Shown piece after piece: positions 46,401 through 56,781 of a stretch of 64,000 nucleotides of DNA. Made by a program: the position numbers and the translations under genes. The DNA is taken from positions 256,001-320,000 of the forward strand of contig JASGJN010000017.1 in NCBI GenBank assembly GCA_049840735.1, read 5' to 3'. The first letter of the stretch is position 1. Every line of letters begins with the position of its first letter. Under the pieces are notes generated by a model, which saw only the letters and a list, made by a program, of their open reading frames with translations, did no database searches and was not told the origin of the DNA. Origin of the DNA: Anaeromyxobacter sp. (lineage in GTDB: Bacteria > Myxococcota > Myxococcia > Myxococcales > Anaeromyxobacteraceae).

Positions 46401-46418
46401 GCAACGACCTCGCCTGAA

Positions 46419-47726
46419 TTATAAGCCGCCGGGCCGTGCGGCCCACCAGCGGCGGAGATCATCCACCAAATTGGCCGGGGTGTTGCGGGTCGGATCCTCC
46501 AGCACCCGATCGAGCAGGTGCCGGAGCGCCTCTCCGACATGGGCCCCGGCCCCGCCCCGAGCGCCTGGATCACCCCTCGACCGTCCAGGGCCAGCGCCTG
46601 GATGGAGAGGGGGGGCTGCTGCGCCAGCACCGCCTCGACCCGTTCCTTCAGTTTCTTCACCTCGCCCTGGAGACGCCTGGAGTCTCGCGGCGGCAGCGAG
46701 CGCGCATCCGCCGCCAGCAGCACCAGCACCGCGCCGGCGCGCTCCGGGCCGACCCCGGCCAGCCAGCGCCGCACCGCCTCCGCCGTCCCGGGCAAGGGGC
46801 CCGCGTCGTCCAAGAGGCAGGCGTGCGCACGCAGGAGCGCCGCGGGTCTCGTCCGACACCTTGCGCGAGAGCCGCAGGTGCGCCAGCACCGCCACCGCAG
46901 CCTGCGCCCCCAGCCCGTGCAGACAGGCCGCGAGGCGCGACGGCAGGTCGGAGGGCGACCGCCGCACCACCGCGCCGGCGTGGGTGAGGCGCGCGGCCGG
47001 CAGCGCGGCCAGCGGCGGGAGGACCAGCGCCAGGAGGCCGGTGGTGCGCAGCAGGCGCAGCCCCGCCGCGGCGTGCGGCGCCAGGAGGAGGCGCGACAGC
47101 TCCTCGGTGATCCGCTCCACCGCCACCTTCCGCACCACCTCCAGCGTGGCCGGGATGGCGCGCCGCGTGGCCGGGTCGAGCGTGAAGCCGAGCTGGGCCG
47201 CGAAGCGGACGGCGCGCACCGGGCGCAGGCCGTCCTCCCCGAAGCGCTCCGCCGGCTCGCCCACCGCGCGCACGCGCCGGCGGCGCATGTCCTCCCGGCC
47301 GCCGAAGTAGTCGCGGAAGTCGTGCGCCAGCGGGTCGTAGGCCAGCGCGTTCATGGTGAAGTCGCGCCGGGCCAGGTCGGCCTCGAGGTCGGTGTGGAAG
47401 GTCACGGTGGCCGGGCGGCGTCCGTCGAGGTAGTCGCCCTCGCCGCGGAAGGTGGTGACCTCGATGGCCTCCCCCTGCGCCAGCACCGTCACCGTGCCGT
47501 GCTCGACGCCGGTGGGGATGACCTTGGGGAAGAGCGCCGTCACCTGCGCCGGCGTGGCCGGCGTGGCCACGTCGAAGTCGGTGGCGAGGCGCGGGCGGTG
47601 GAGGAGCAGGTCGCGGACCGCGCCGCCCACCAGCCAGGAGCGGTGGCCGGCCTCGCCCAGGCGCCTGAGCACGCCCAGCAGCGGCGCGGGGAAGGTCGCG
47701 CGGGCGAGCGCGGGAGGGACCGGCAT
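46419..47726 (-). CDS. cca: CCA-adding tRNA nucleotidyltransferase; two compensating indels near 46845 and 46541
   Basis: VGGAVRD, DFDVAT, EVTTFR.EGDY.DGRRP loop, RRDFTMNA, EDGLR. Confidence 0.88.
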   Translation of the reverse strand: MPVPPALARATFPAPLLGVLRRLGEAGHRSWLVGGAVRDLLLHRPRLATDFDVATPATPAQVTALFPKVIPTGVEHGTVTVLAQGEAIEVTTFRGEGDYLDGRRPATVTFHTDLEADLARRDFTMNALAYDPLAHDFRDYFGGREDMRRRRVRAVGEPAERFGEDGLRPVRAVRFAAQLGFTLDPATRRAIPATLEVVRKVAVERITEELSRLLLAPHAAAGLRLLRTTGLLALVLPPLAALPAARLTHAGAVVRRSPSDLPSRLAACLHGLGAQAAVAVLAHLRLSRKVSDETRGAPACARLPLGRRGPLARDGGGGAALAGRGRPGARRRGAGAAGGGCALAAAARLQASPGRGEETEGTGRGGAGAAAPPLHPGAGPGRSRGDPGARGGAGAHVGEALRHLLDRVLEDPTRNTPANLVDDLRRWWAARPGGL

Positions 47727-48031
47727 CAGTGCGAGAGCCGGCGCTCCTGCTCGGCGCGGTCGAGCAGCCGGAAGTAGAGCCGGATGAGCGCCACGCGGGC
47801 GCAGGGGCCCAGCGCGTCGATGGCGCCGCGGGCCACGTGGGCCGGGTCGCGGCAGATGGTGAGGAGCGCCTCGCCCACCTCGTTGGCGTCGTCGGCGGTG
47901 AGCACGTCCTCGGGGGCGGCGAACGCGTCGCGGATCTCCTCCGACTCGAAGAGCGGATGGTGTCCGCGGAGACCCTCGTCGAGGATCACCGAGAGGCGGC
48001 CGGGCGCCAGCGACACGAGCTTTTCCAGCAT
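47726..48031 (-). CDS. Small hypothetical protein
   Basis: 101-aa ORF with GGAAGG upstream; stop overlaps the cca start. Confidence 0.6.
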   Translation of the reverse strand: MLEKLVSLAPGRLSVILDEGLRGHHPLFESEEIRDAFAAPEDVLTADDANEVGEALLTICRDPAHVARGAIDALGPCARVALIRLYFRLLDRAEQERRLSH

Positions 48032-48234
48032 CCCTTCCACGCCCCCTGACGCGTCGCGGCCGTGCGCTCCGGACGCCCTCGCGCCCGCATCGGACACAGC
48101 CCCCAGGAACGCGCGGACCCTACCACGGACGGAGCCGGCGAGGGGTTGCCGCGAACAGGCTACGCCCCGGCCAGAGGACACGCCGGCGCGATAGCGCCTC
48201 CGCCGCTATCGCTCGCGCCGACGGTCACCCCCAG

Positions 48235-51200
48235 TCATTTCAGCGTGAAGTAGGCGCGCGCGCCCCCTTCGCGGGAGGCCCGCTCGCCTCCCGAGGTGAG
48301 GAAGAGTCTCGCCGGATTGACGCCCGCGGCGGCCAGCCGCTCGCGCGCGGCCTCGCTCCGCTGCTGGGCGAGCGCGCGGAGCGCCTCCGGCGCGATCTCC
48401 ACCCTGGCCAGCACCGCCTCCTCCATCTCCTCCGGCGGCGGGACCGGCTGCGCCGCCTGCGGCTTGGCGCCGGCCACCGGCGGCGCAGGCTTCGGGAGCG
48501 CGGCGCGATACTCCGCCTCCACGAAGGCGCGGTACTCGTGATCGAGCAGCATCACGTCGGCCGGGCCGGCCAGGCCGGCGCGCGTCGGCAGGGCCTTCCA
48601 CTTGGCCTCGCGGGCGCGCTGCTCCACCGCCAGCCGGCGCAGCGCCGTCAGGTCGGCCGCCTCGGTGGCGACGCCCTCGATGTCGAGGCGCAGGCCCGGG
48701 CGCGAGGTGAGCGCCTTGATCAGCGTCTCCATCGACTTCTCCGAGGCCGGCGCGACCGTGGCCAGGCCGGGCTGGAACTCCACCACGTCCAGCTTGGCCT
48801 CGCCGCCGCCGAAGAGCGCGCCCAGCGCGGCGAAGGGCTGGGTGGCCATCTTCACGAAGACGTTGACGATGGCGCGCCAGATGACGCGGCCCAGCCGGAA
48901 GCTGGGGTCGTCCACGTTCCCCTCCACCGGCACGTCCAGCACGATCAGGCCGTCCTTGTCCTGCAGGATGGCCAGGCCCAGCTTGACCGGGAGCTTGGTG
49001 GCGTCCGGGCTGCTGGTCCCGTCGCCCAGCGTGAGCTGGTCCACCTGGATGACGTTCTGCCCCTTGAGGTTGCGGCGCGCGACCTTGATGGAGAGGTCGA
49101 GGTCCAGCTTGCCCTTGGCCAGCTCGTAGCCCACGTACTTGCCGCAGTATGGGCCGAGCGGCGTCAGGTCCACCCCCTTCGACTTGATGGTCAGGTTGGT
49201 GGCGTCGTTCACCATGCGGGGGCTGAGCGTGCCGGTCACCTCGAGCGGCGCGCCCCCTATCCGGCCGCGGACCGCCACGTCGGAGCGGGCGGTCAGCTGG
49301 CTGGAGAGGTTCTTCACCGAGACGTCCAGGTCCGAGACCGTGAGCACCGCCGCCGGCTTCACCGAGCGGTCCACGAAGCCGACGCTGCCGCGCTGCAGGC
49401 GGAAGGCGCCGATGGCGTACTGGACGGCGGGGGCAGGTGGCGCCTTCGCGGCGGGCTGGGCTGCTGCCCGTTCGCCCTGGCCCTTCGACTCCGCGCCGGC
49501 TTCGCCGGCGCTACGCTCAGGGCGAGCGGAGTCGAAGGGCGGCGCCGAGCTGGACGCCGCCACCGGCTCCGCCGCCGGCACCTCGTCCGGCCGCTGCTCC
49601 GGCTTCGCCGGCGGCGTCTTGAGGATGCGCGCCAGGTTGGAGGAGCCGTCCTCGCCCATCCGCACCCGGACCTGCGGCTCCGTCCAGCGGATGGTCTTGA
49701 GCACGTAGGGCGCCGGCGCCTGCGCCACGTCCATGCCCAGCAGCTCCAGGCTCTTCCAGCGGAGCAGCTCCTCTCCCCGGAGCGCGTCGGCCACCGCCAG
49801 GTCGTCCAGCCGGACGTCGCCGGTGAAGTGGTACGCCAGCGGCTCCGCCAGCGCGTCCACGGTGGCGTGGCCGTCCAGGCCGAAGCGGCCGGAGGGGAGG
49901 CGCGCCTCCAGGTCGCCGTAGAGGAGCAGGTAGGGATCCAGCACCGGCAGCTCCAGCCCCTCGACGTGCAGGTCCAGCTCCGCCCTCGCCGTCCACGGAT
50001 TGACCGGGCCGTTGAGGGTCAGCTTCCCGGCGCCGTTCCAGCCCGCGCTCGCCTCCAGCCGGGCCTGCTGCGACCGATCGCTGCTGAGCCCGGTCAGCGC
50101 CACGGAGAGCGGCGCCAGCGAGATCGAGACCGGGCGCGCCGGGAGCGCGTCCTCGAAGCGCACGTCCAGGCCCTCCACTCCGACGCGCTTCACGAGCCAG
50201 CGGAGCTTCGGGGCGGCGGCCTTCTCCGTCCCCGCCGCGCCGGTCTTCTGCGCCGGCGCCGCGCCGGTGGAAGGGCGAGCGGGACTGGCGCCGGCCCCCG
50301 GCGCGGCCCCCATCGCCACCAGGTCGATCCTCCCGTCCGCCCCGCGCCGGGCGCGGATCACCCCGCCCTTGAGCGCCACCTCGCCCACCTCGAACTGCTG
50401 CGCCAGCACGTCGGCCTGGATGCCGCCCACGTCCACCTGCGGCAGCTCCAGCGAAGGCTGCTGCGCGCCGCGGAGCGCCAGCGCCAGGCCGCGCAGCCCC
50501 ACCGCGCCGTCCTTCACGCGGAAGACGCGCCGCTGCGCGCTCCACTCCGCCTCGTAGCTGCCGCTGACCCCCAGCGTGCCGCCGCGCAGGTCGAACCCCA
50601 CGTCGCGCTCGTAGTAGGGCGAGTACTTGGGGAGCTGCAGCTCCTGCAGCGAGAGCGTCCCCGCCGACTGGAGCGGGCCGATGCCCACCGTGCCGCTCCA
50701 GGCGAACTTCTCCCCCGCCTCGGTGGCGCCGTCGAAGGCGTAGGTGCCGTTGGTGCCGGGCCGGGTGCGGAAGTCGGCCAGGCGGATGGTGAGGGGACCG
50801 ACGGTGGTGCTGAAGGGCCGGCCGCGGGAGAGATCCTCGAAGGCCACGCTGGCCCGCTCGATGGCCAGGCGGTCCACGCCGAACACCCACGGCTCGGACG
50901 GCTCCTCCGGCTGCGCCGGCGCGGCCGGATCCCCGGCCGTCAGGTTCTTGATGATGTCCTCGATGTTGAGCGAGCCGTCGGGGAGCATCAGGAGGCGGAA
51001 GCGGAAGTTGGTGAGCTCCACCGCGTCCAGGCCGATCTCCCGGCGCACCACCGGCCAGAGCTTGGCGTCCACCAGCAGCCGGTCGAAGCCCATCAGCTCC
51101 GCGCCGTCCACGGCCTTCACCCGCAGGTGCTCGACCGTGACCGCCAGCGTGTAGGGGTTGAGCCGCACCCGCTCCACCGCCACCTCCCGTCGCAGGAGCG

Positions 51201-51348
51201 CCGAGAGCCGCTTCTCCAGCTGCCCGCGAGCGATGGCCGGCACGATCAAGAAGCCGGCCAGCGTGTAGAGGAGCAGGGCGGAGGCGAGGGTGACGAGGAG
51301 CCGGCGGTGGCGGCGGAGCCGACCGCGGAGATCGATGGCGCTGGACAT
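48235..51348 (-). CDS. DUF748-type (AsmA-like) envelope protein with C-terminal OmpA-like domain
   Basis: N-terminal TM YTLAGFLIVP, RLNPYTL, YVGYEL.KGKL.LDL, LPVKLGLAILQD.DG.I.LDVPV.G..DDP.F. Confidence 0.85.
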   Translation of the reverse strand: MSSAIDLRGRLRRHRRLLVTLASALLLYTLAGFLIVPAIARGQLEKRLSALLRREVAVERVRLNPYTLAVTVEHLRVKAVDGAELMGFDRLLVDAKLWPVVRREIGLDAVELTNFRFRLLMLPDGSLNIEDIIKNLTAGDPAAPAQPEEPSEPWVFGVDRLAIERASVAFEDLSRGRPFSTTVGPLTIRLADFRTRPGTNGTYAFDGATEAGEKFAWSGTVGIGPLQSAGTLSLQELQLPKYSPYYERDVGFDLRGGTLGVSGSYEAEWSAQRRVFRVKDGAVGLRGLALALRGAQQPSLELPQVDVGGIQADVLAQQFEVGEVALKGGVIRARRGADGRIDLVAMGAAPGAGASPARPSTGAAPAQKTGAAGTEKAAAPKLRWLVKRVGVEGLDVRFEDALPARPVSISLAPLSVALTGLSSDRSQQARLEASAGWNGAGKLTLNGPVNPWTARAELDLHVEGLELPVLDPYLLLYGDLEARLPSGRFGLDGHATVDALAEPLAYHFTGDVRLDDLAVADALRGEELLRWKSLELLGMDVAQAPAPYVLKTIRWTEPQVRVRMGEDGSSNLARILKTPPAKPEQRPDEVPAAEPVAASSSAPPFDSARPERSAGEAGAESKGQGERAAAQPAAKAPPAPAVQYAIGAFRLQRGSVGFVDRSVKPAAVLTVSDLDVSVKNLSSQLTARSDVAVRGRIGGAPLEVTGTLSPRMVNDATNLTIKSKGVDLTPLGPYCGKYVGYELAKGKLDLDLSIKVARRNLKGQNVIQVDQLTLGDGTSSPDATKLPVKLGLAILQDKDGLIVLDVPVEGNVDDPSFRLGRVIWRAIVNVFVKMATQPFAALGALFGGGEAKLDVVEFQPGLATVAPASEKSMETLIKALTSRPGLRLDIEGVATEAADLTALRRLAVEQRAREAKWKALPTRAGLAGPADVMLLDHEYRAFVEAEYRAALPKPAPPVAGAKPQAAQPVPPPEEMEEAVLARVEIAPEALRALAQQRSEAARERLAAAGVNPARLFLTSGGERASREGGARAYFTLK
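49480..49540. repeat. REP-like element inserted in frame in the DUF748 gene
   Basis: GCCCTTCGACTCCGC..CTACGCTCAGGGCGA-GCGGAGTCGAAGGGC (15-bp inverted repeat); translated as PFDSARPERSAGEAGAESKG. Confidence 0.8.
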
Positions 51349-51482
51349 GGTGATGCTCCCTCTCAGTGCAGAGGGCAGATCTACTCCACGCCGCCCGGTC
51401 GATCGGGTCCCTGGCGGGGAAGGCGATCCTCTCGTCCCGCGCTCGCGCGACGGGGAGTTGCTCCCCGCCGCGCGGCCGGCGC

Positions 51483-54400
51483 CTAGCGCGTCAGCACGAA
51501 GTAGTTCGGGATGCAGCTGCCGTTGCCAGGGGCGGCGTACGGCAGGCAGCGGGCGTCGCTCCAGTGGACCACCTGGCCGTTCACGTAGCAGTACTCGTTC
51601 CCGTAGCCGTTGGCGCCGTACCTCCCGTAGGCCTGCTCCAGCGCGCTCCAGCCCACGGTGGCCCGGCCTGGATGTCCGAGCAGGGGCCCCATGTGCTCGA
51701 GGATGTAGTTGGCGCTCGCGTCCTGGCCGTCGCACCGGTAGTGGTACAGCGGCATGGAGGTGTTGCCGTTGAAGTACGGCATCTCGCAGCTGAGCGTGGT
51801 GGCGGTGGTGAGGATTCCGCGGGTGCAGCTGACGTAGATGCCGTTGGCCAGCAGGAGCCGGTTGTTGGCGAAGTCCACGTTGGTCCAGCCGCCGCCTGCG
51901 GTGGTCATGTCGCAATAGGCGGAGAGCTGCGCCGCCGGGCCGGTGCCGTCGCTGTCCACTGCATACCAGCCGGTGGGCGCCGCGGGCGCCATGGCATGGA
52001 TGGCGGCGCAGGACGGAGGGGCCACGCAGGTCACCGCCACGCCGGTCACCGCCGCGCCGGCCATGATCCCCGAGCCGCCGGTGACGGAGCAGATCTGCAG
52101 CGTGGGCTGGGTGGCGACGGTCACCGCGTAGGGGGCGCCGCTCGCCACGCTGGCCGGGAAGCTGAAAACACCGTCCTGGGTGACGCTGATGGCGTCGCCG
52201 CCGTTGTTCTGGAGGACGAGGCCCGTGCCGGTGAGCCCCGCCACCGAGCCACCCACCGGGTAGGTGCGGGTGACGCAGTCCACCGCCAGCGTGACCGCCG
52301 TTCCGCCCGCGGTGCCGGTGGGGGCAGCCACGGTGCAGGTCTGCCAGGGAGCGGTCGGCTGGGTCAGGACCGAGACCGTGTAGGGGGCGCCGCTCGCCAC
52401 CTGGGCCGGGAACGTCGCGAGGCCGTCGGCGGACACGGCCAGGTTGTTCCCGCCGTCGAGCTGCAGCACCAGGCCGCTGCCGGCCAACCCTTGCACATCC
52501 ACGGAGAGGTCGTAGGTGTTCGTGGTGCAGGCGACCGCCACCGCGGTCACGGCGCCACCGTGGACGGTGCCGCTCCCCTGGCTGACCGCGCAGGTCTGCC
52601 AGGGGTTCTGCGGCTGCGACGCCACGCTGACGTCGTAGGCGCCTCCGGAGGCCACCGGCGTGGGGAAGGCGAAGCTGCCGTCGCCGGACAGCGCGACAGG
52701 ATCCCCACCGCCGTTGAGCAGGGTCAGCCCCTGGCCTGCGAGGCCGGTGACCGTCCCCCCACCGCGTAGGCGTCCAGCTGGCAGTTGACGGTGATGGAGC
52801 CCACGTCGGCGCCACCCACGGTGCCCGTGCCGCCGCTCACGGCGCAGTGTTGCCACGGGTAGGTCGGCTGCTGCGCCACGGTGACCTCGAAGGCGCTGCC
52901 GCTCTCCAGCGTGGTCGGGAAGGTGAAGCCGCCGTCGGCGGGCACGGGGAGGGTCTCCCCGCCGGCGCCCTGCAGCACCAGGCCGCTCCCGGACAGGCCG
53001 CTGACCGTGCCTCCCACGGCGTAGCGGTGGGTGACGCAAGTGACGGCGACGTCGGCCACCTCGGCGCTGGTCACGGGGCCGCTGCCGCCGCTGACGGTGC
53101 AGGTCTGCCAGGGGTTGGTGGGCTGGGTCAGGACCGTCACGTCGTAGGTCCCGCCGCTCGCCACCGCCGCCGGGAACCTGAACGCGCCGCTGGCGGTGAG
53201 CGTCAGGTCGTCTCCGCCGCCGTTCTGCAGCACCACCGGCGCGGCCAGGCCGCTGATCGTGCCGCTCACCGCATAGGTGTTGGTGGTGCAGTGGACCGCC
53301 ACGCCGGTCACGCCCTCGCCGCCCACGATGCCGCTGCCGCCGCTGACCGTGCAGGTCTGCCAGGGGTGCGTGGGCTGGGTGGCCACCGAGATGGCGAAAG
53401 GCTGGCCGCTGTCCACCGGCGAGGCGAAGGTGAAGGCTCCATCAGCCCCGACCACCAGGTCGTCACCCTCCCCGTTCCGGAGCACCAGGCCGGCGCCCGC
53501 CAGCCCGCTGACCGTGCCGCCGACCGTGAAGCGGTCGGTGGTGCAGTCGATGGCCACGTCGGTGACGTCGCTGCCGGCCACTGCGCCGCTGCCGCGGGTG
53601 ACGGCGCAGGTCTGCCAGGGCGAGGTCGGCTGCGAGACGATGCTCACCTCGTAGGCCGCGCCGCTCGGCACCAGCGTCGGGAAGGAGAAGCCTCCGTCCG
53701 CTCCGACCGTCACCGGCGGGAGCCCGCCCAGCGAGAGCTGCAGGCCCGAGCCGGCCAGGCCGTTCACGACGCCGCCCACGGTGTGCTGATCGGTGGTGCA
53801 GTTGACGGTGAGGGTGGTGACCGCGCCGCCGCCCACCAGCCCCTGCCCGCCCACCAGCGTGCAGGTCTGCCAGGGGCCGGTGGGCTGCTGCGAGACCCAG
53901 ACGTCGAAGGCGTCACCGCTCCTGAAGGCGGTCGGGAAGGCGAAGCTCCCGTCCGAGAGGATGGGCAGCTCCTGCCCGTCGGCGGAGCGGAGCACCAGCC
54001 CCAGGCCGTCCACGCCGTAGGCGATGCCTCCCACCGAGTAGGCCTGGGTGGCGCAGGTGACGGTCACCGCGCTCACCGGGCCGCCGGCCATGGTGCCGGT
54101 GCCGTCCTCCACCGTGCAGGCCTGCCAGCGATGGGTCGGCTGGGCCGCCACCGTGATGGCGTAGTCCGCGCCGCTCTCCAGCGCCGGGAAGCTGAACAGC
54201 CCGTCGGCCGCGACCGGGACCCGGTTGCCGCGCTGGTCCACCAGGACCAGCCCCTCGCCGTCGAGGCCGCTGACCACGCCGCCCAGGGCGAACGCGTCGC
54301 TGGCGCAGGTGACGGTCACGCTGGTCACCGGGGACGAGGCGACCGTCCCCTGCCCCATGGCCACGGCGCAGGTCTGCCAGGGGCCGATGGGCTGGGCCGC

Positions 54401-55132
54401 CACCGTCACGTCGAAGTCGGTGCCGCTCAGCAGCGGCTCCGGGAAGGCGAAGCTGCCGTTGGCGCCGACCGCGATCTCGCTGCCGGCGCCGCTGCGGAGC
54501 ACCAGGCCAGCTCCGGCCAGGCCGGTCACCGTACCGCCCAGGGTGAAACGGTCGGTCGAGCAGTTGACCAGCACGCTGGCGACGTCGCCGTTGCCGATGG
54601 TGCCCGAGCCGCCGCTGACCGCGCAGGTCTGGCTGGGGCTCGAGGGCTGGCTGGCCACCGACACGGTGAAGGTCGCGCCGCTGGGCACCGCGTGCGGGAA
54701 GGTGAAGGCCCCGTCGGCCCCGACCGCCAGGTCGTCCCCCCCGGCGTTCTGCAGGACGAGCCCCGCTCCCCGCAGGCCCGCCACCGTGCCGCCCACCCTG
54801 AACTCGGAGGTGGCGCAGATCACCTGCAGCTCGGTGACGTCCGCCTCCGGCGTGAAGGTGCCGCCCACCACCGCGCAGGCCTGCCAGGGCGAGCTGGGCT
54901 GCCGGACCACGCTCACCGTCACCTCCCGGCCGGCGCGGACCTTGCGCGGAAACTGGAAGGTGCCGGCGCCGGGCTCGACGGAGAGCGGCGCGCCTGCGCC
55001 CAGGGACAGCTGCAGCCCCGTGCCCTCGAGGCCAGCCACCGTGCCACCGACCGAGACGTCGTGGACCTGCTTCGAGCAGCCGGCCAGCAGCGCCAGCCCG
55101 GCGAGGAGCGTCGTCGCGGCGATGGGTCGCAT
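51483..55132 (-). CDS. Surface lipoprotein: 12 ~85-aa beta-rich repeats plus fibrinogen-like tip; frameshift near 52757
   Basis: Lipobox LAGC; repeats VGGTVxGL..QP..PWQTC.V..G.G..V.V.C; C-terminal YCDMTTAGGGWT. Confidence 0.85.
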
Positions 55133-55420
55133 GGTTCTCCTTGGGGTCACACGCACTACGGGTACATCCACTCTTCGTACTAGCCGGACGCACCGTATCG
55201 GAGTGCGCGAGCCCCTGCGAGCCCTCGACCCGGGGACGCGATATCCACGGTCGGTCAAGGGCGCGGAATGATCCACGTCACGCAACGTGTAGGATGGCCT
55301 GGAGCCCCGGGGCACCCTGGTCGCGCCGGCTCGTCCCGCGAGCGCGGGACGATGCGGTCTGGCCGCGCAGGCTGCTACAGTCGTCGGCAGCGGACCCCAG
55401 CGCCGCCAGGAGCGCCCGAC

Positions 55421-55849
55421 ATGAAGAAGCTGATCCTCTCCCTCGCCGCCCTCGCCGTCGCCGTCCCGGCCGCCGCGCAGTCGAAGGCCTCCACGCGGAC
55501 CACCCTCTGCGCCGAGTACGAGGGGAGCTGGAGATCGGAGGACCTGGCCAAGGAGCCCTGGCAGGAGAAGGCGACCACCGTCTGCAAGGAGGGCGAGGAC
55601 GATGAGTGGACCTGCGTCATTCACCTCCCTACCGACGAGGCCTGGCTGTTCGAGGGCGGCTCGAGGGGCCGCGAAGGTCAGGGCCACTACGTCGAGGCCT
55701 ACGACGAAGACAAGGGGCTCACCCTCCAGCTCGTCTGCCGCGACGGGGCCCTGAAGGACTGCATCGGCATCCGCGTCTTCAACGAGGAGCAGAAGAAGGG
55801 GATGCAGTGCCTGGACGAGTCGGCCGTGTCCGAGGAGGAGGAGGAGTAG
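55421..55849 (+). CDS. Small secreted Cys-containing hypothetical protein
   Basis: AGGAG RBS; signal peptide MKKLILSLAALAVAVPAAA; six Cys; poly-Glu end. Confidence 0.75.
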   Translation: MKKLILSLAALAVAVPAAAQSKASTRTTLCAEYEGSWRSEDLAKEPWQEKATTVCKEGEDDEWTCVIHLPTDEAWLFEGGSRGREGQGHYVEAYDEDKGLTLQLVCRDGALKDCIGIRVFNEEQKKGMQCLDESAVSEEEEE

Positions 55850-55977
55850 CCTCGGCAGCATCCGCACGGCGCAGCTCCTGCCTGACGAGCGTCGAGGCCG
55901 GCCCGGAACTCCCGGACCGGCCTCGGTGCTTCAGGCGCCCTGCCGCCCGACCCCTTCGCCTTCATCGCTGCTGGAAG

Positions 55978-56051
55978 TGACCCCGGCGTGACTCGAACAC
56001 GCGACCTGCGGTTTAGGAAACCGCCGCTCTATCCGGCTGAGCTACGGGGCC
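55978..56051 (-). tRNA. tRNA-Arg(CCT), CCA end not encoded
   Basis: GGCCCCG/CGGGGTC acceptor stem, TAGCTCAG D arm, anticodon loop TTCCTAA, GTTCGAG T loop. Confidence 0.96.
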
Positions 56052-56215
56052 AAGTACTGGAACCCTCTACCGAAACATCGAACCTCTTGCCAGCCCAAAG
56101 GTGCGGCCCGGAAGGCGCATCCAGGGCAGGGCGAGGGCGGCCGGCGGTATATCACACCTTCCGTCGCGGGACGCGGGCCGAGCCCTTCCCTCTCGAGCAC
56201 GTCCGCCGACCGGGG

Positions 56216-56761
56216 CTAGAAGGCGTCTGCCAGGGGCGCCTGGAAACGGCAACAGGCCGTCACGATCGCTTCGGCATCGGCAGGATTGACCACCTTCGCC
56301 GAGGAGGAGGCGGTCATCTGGGGAGTGTACTGGTACCGCGGCGCCCACCGCGATCCGTTGTCCACCAGCATGTAGACCTCGGTGCGTTCGGTGCCCGTGA
56401 CCCGGACCGTGCCGGAGACGTCCACGAAGACGGTCTGGCCAGCCACCAACTCGACGGTGGTCGCGATGTCCTTCTGTCCGGACCCGCTGGGCCACTGGAC
56501 CGTGAGCCTTCGCTCGCCTGGTGCGACCAAGACGCGCGTGAAGCCCCCGTCCCGCAGCTCGACCAGGGCCTGGCCATCGAGTCGTACCGTGGGGACGGAG
56601 CCGACCGGCTCGGCGCGCTGGCGGTAGACGTAGAGCAACGTCTTTCCTGGCGCTGGCTCCAGCGCGGGGAGGCTGGAGAGCCGCGGACCGCTGGCACGGC
56701 TGGCGCAGCCGGCGAGAATGATCAGGAGCAGTGCTGCCCAGCGGTTCGCATGGTGTTGCAT
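56216..56761 (-). CDS. DUF2846-like lipoprotein
   Basis: Lipobox LAGC; LLYVYR, VRLDG..L.EL.DGGF...V.PG, L.AGQTVFV. Confidence 0.75.
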   Translation of the reverse strand: MQHHANRWAALLLIILAGCASRASGPRLSSLPALEPAPGKTLLYVYRQRAEPVGSVPTVRLDGQALVELRDGGFTRVLVAPGERRLTVQWPSGSGQKDIATTVELVAGQTVFVDVSGTVRVTGTERTEVYMLVDNGSRWAPRYQYTPQMTASSSAKVVNPADAEAIVTACCRFQAPLADAF

Positions 56762-56781
56762 GAAGGGACTCCCCGGAGTGG

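Noticed and set aside
46419..47726. CC-adding-only enzyme or poly(A) polymerase
   Set aside because: The flexible loop and EDxxR motif are intact, fitting a complete CCA-adding enzyme.
48235..52815. 1526-aa ORF, and similar long ORFs 29668-33750, 41826-45146 and 61355-63751
   Set aside because: N-terminal parts are off-frame read-through of other genes in high-GC DNA; only the C-terminal parts are real.
55978..56051. Integrative element at tRNA-Arg
   Set aside because: No integrase and no duplicated tRNA 3' end found by eye in the window.
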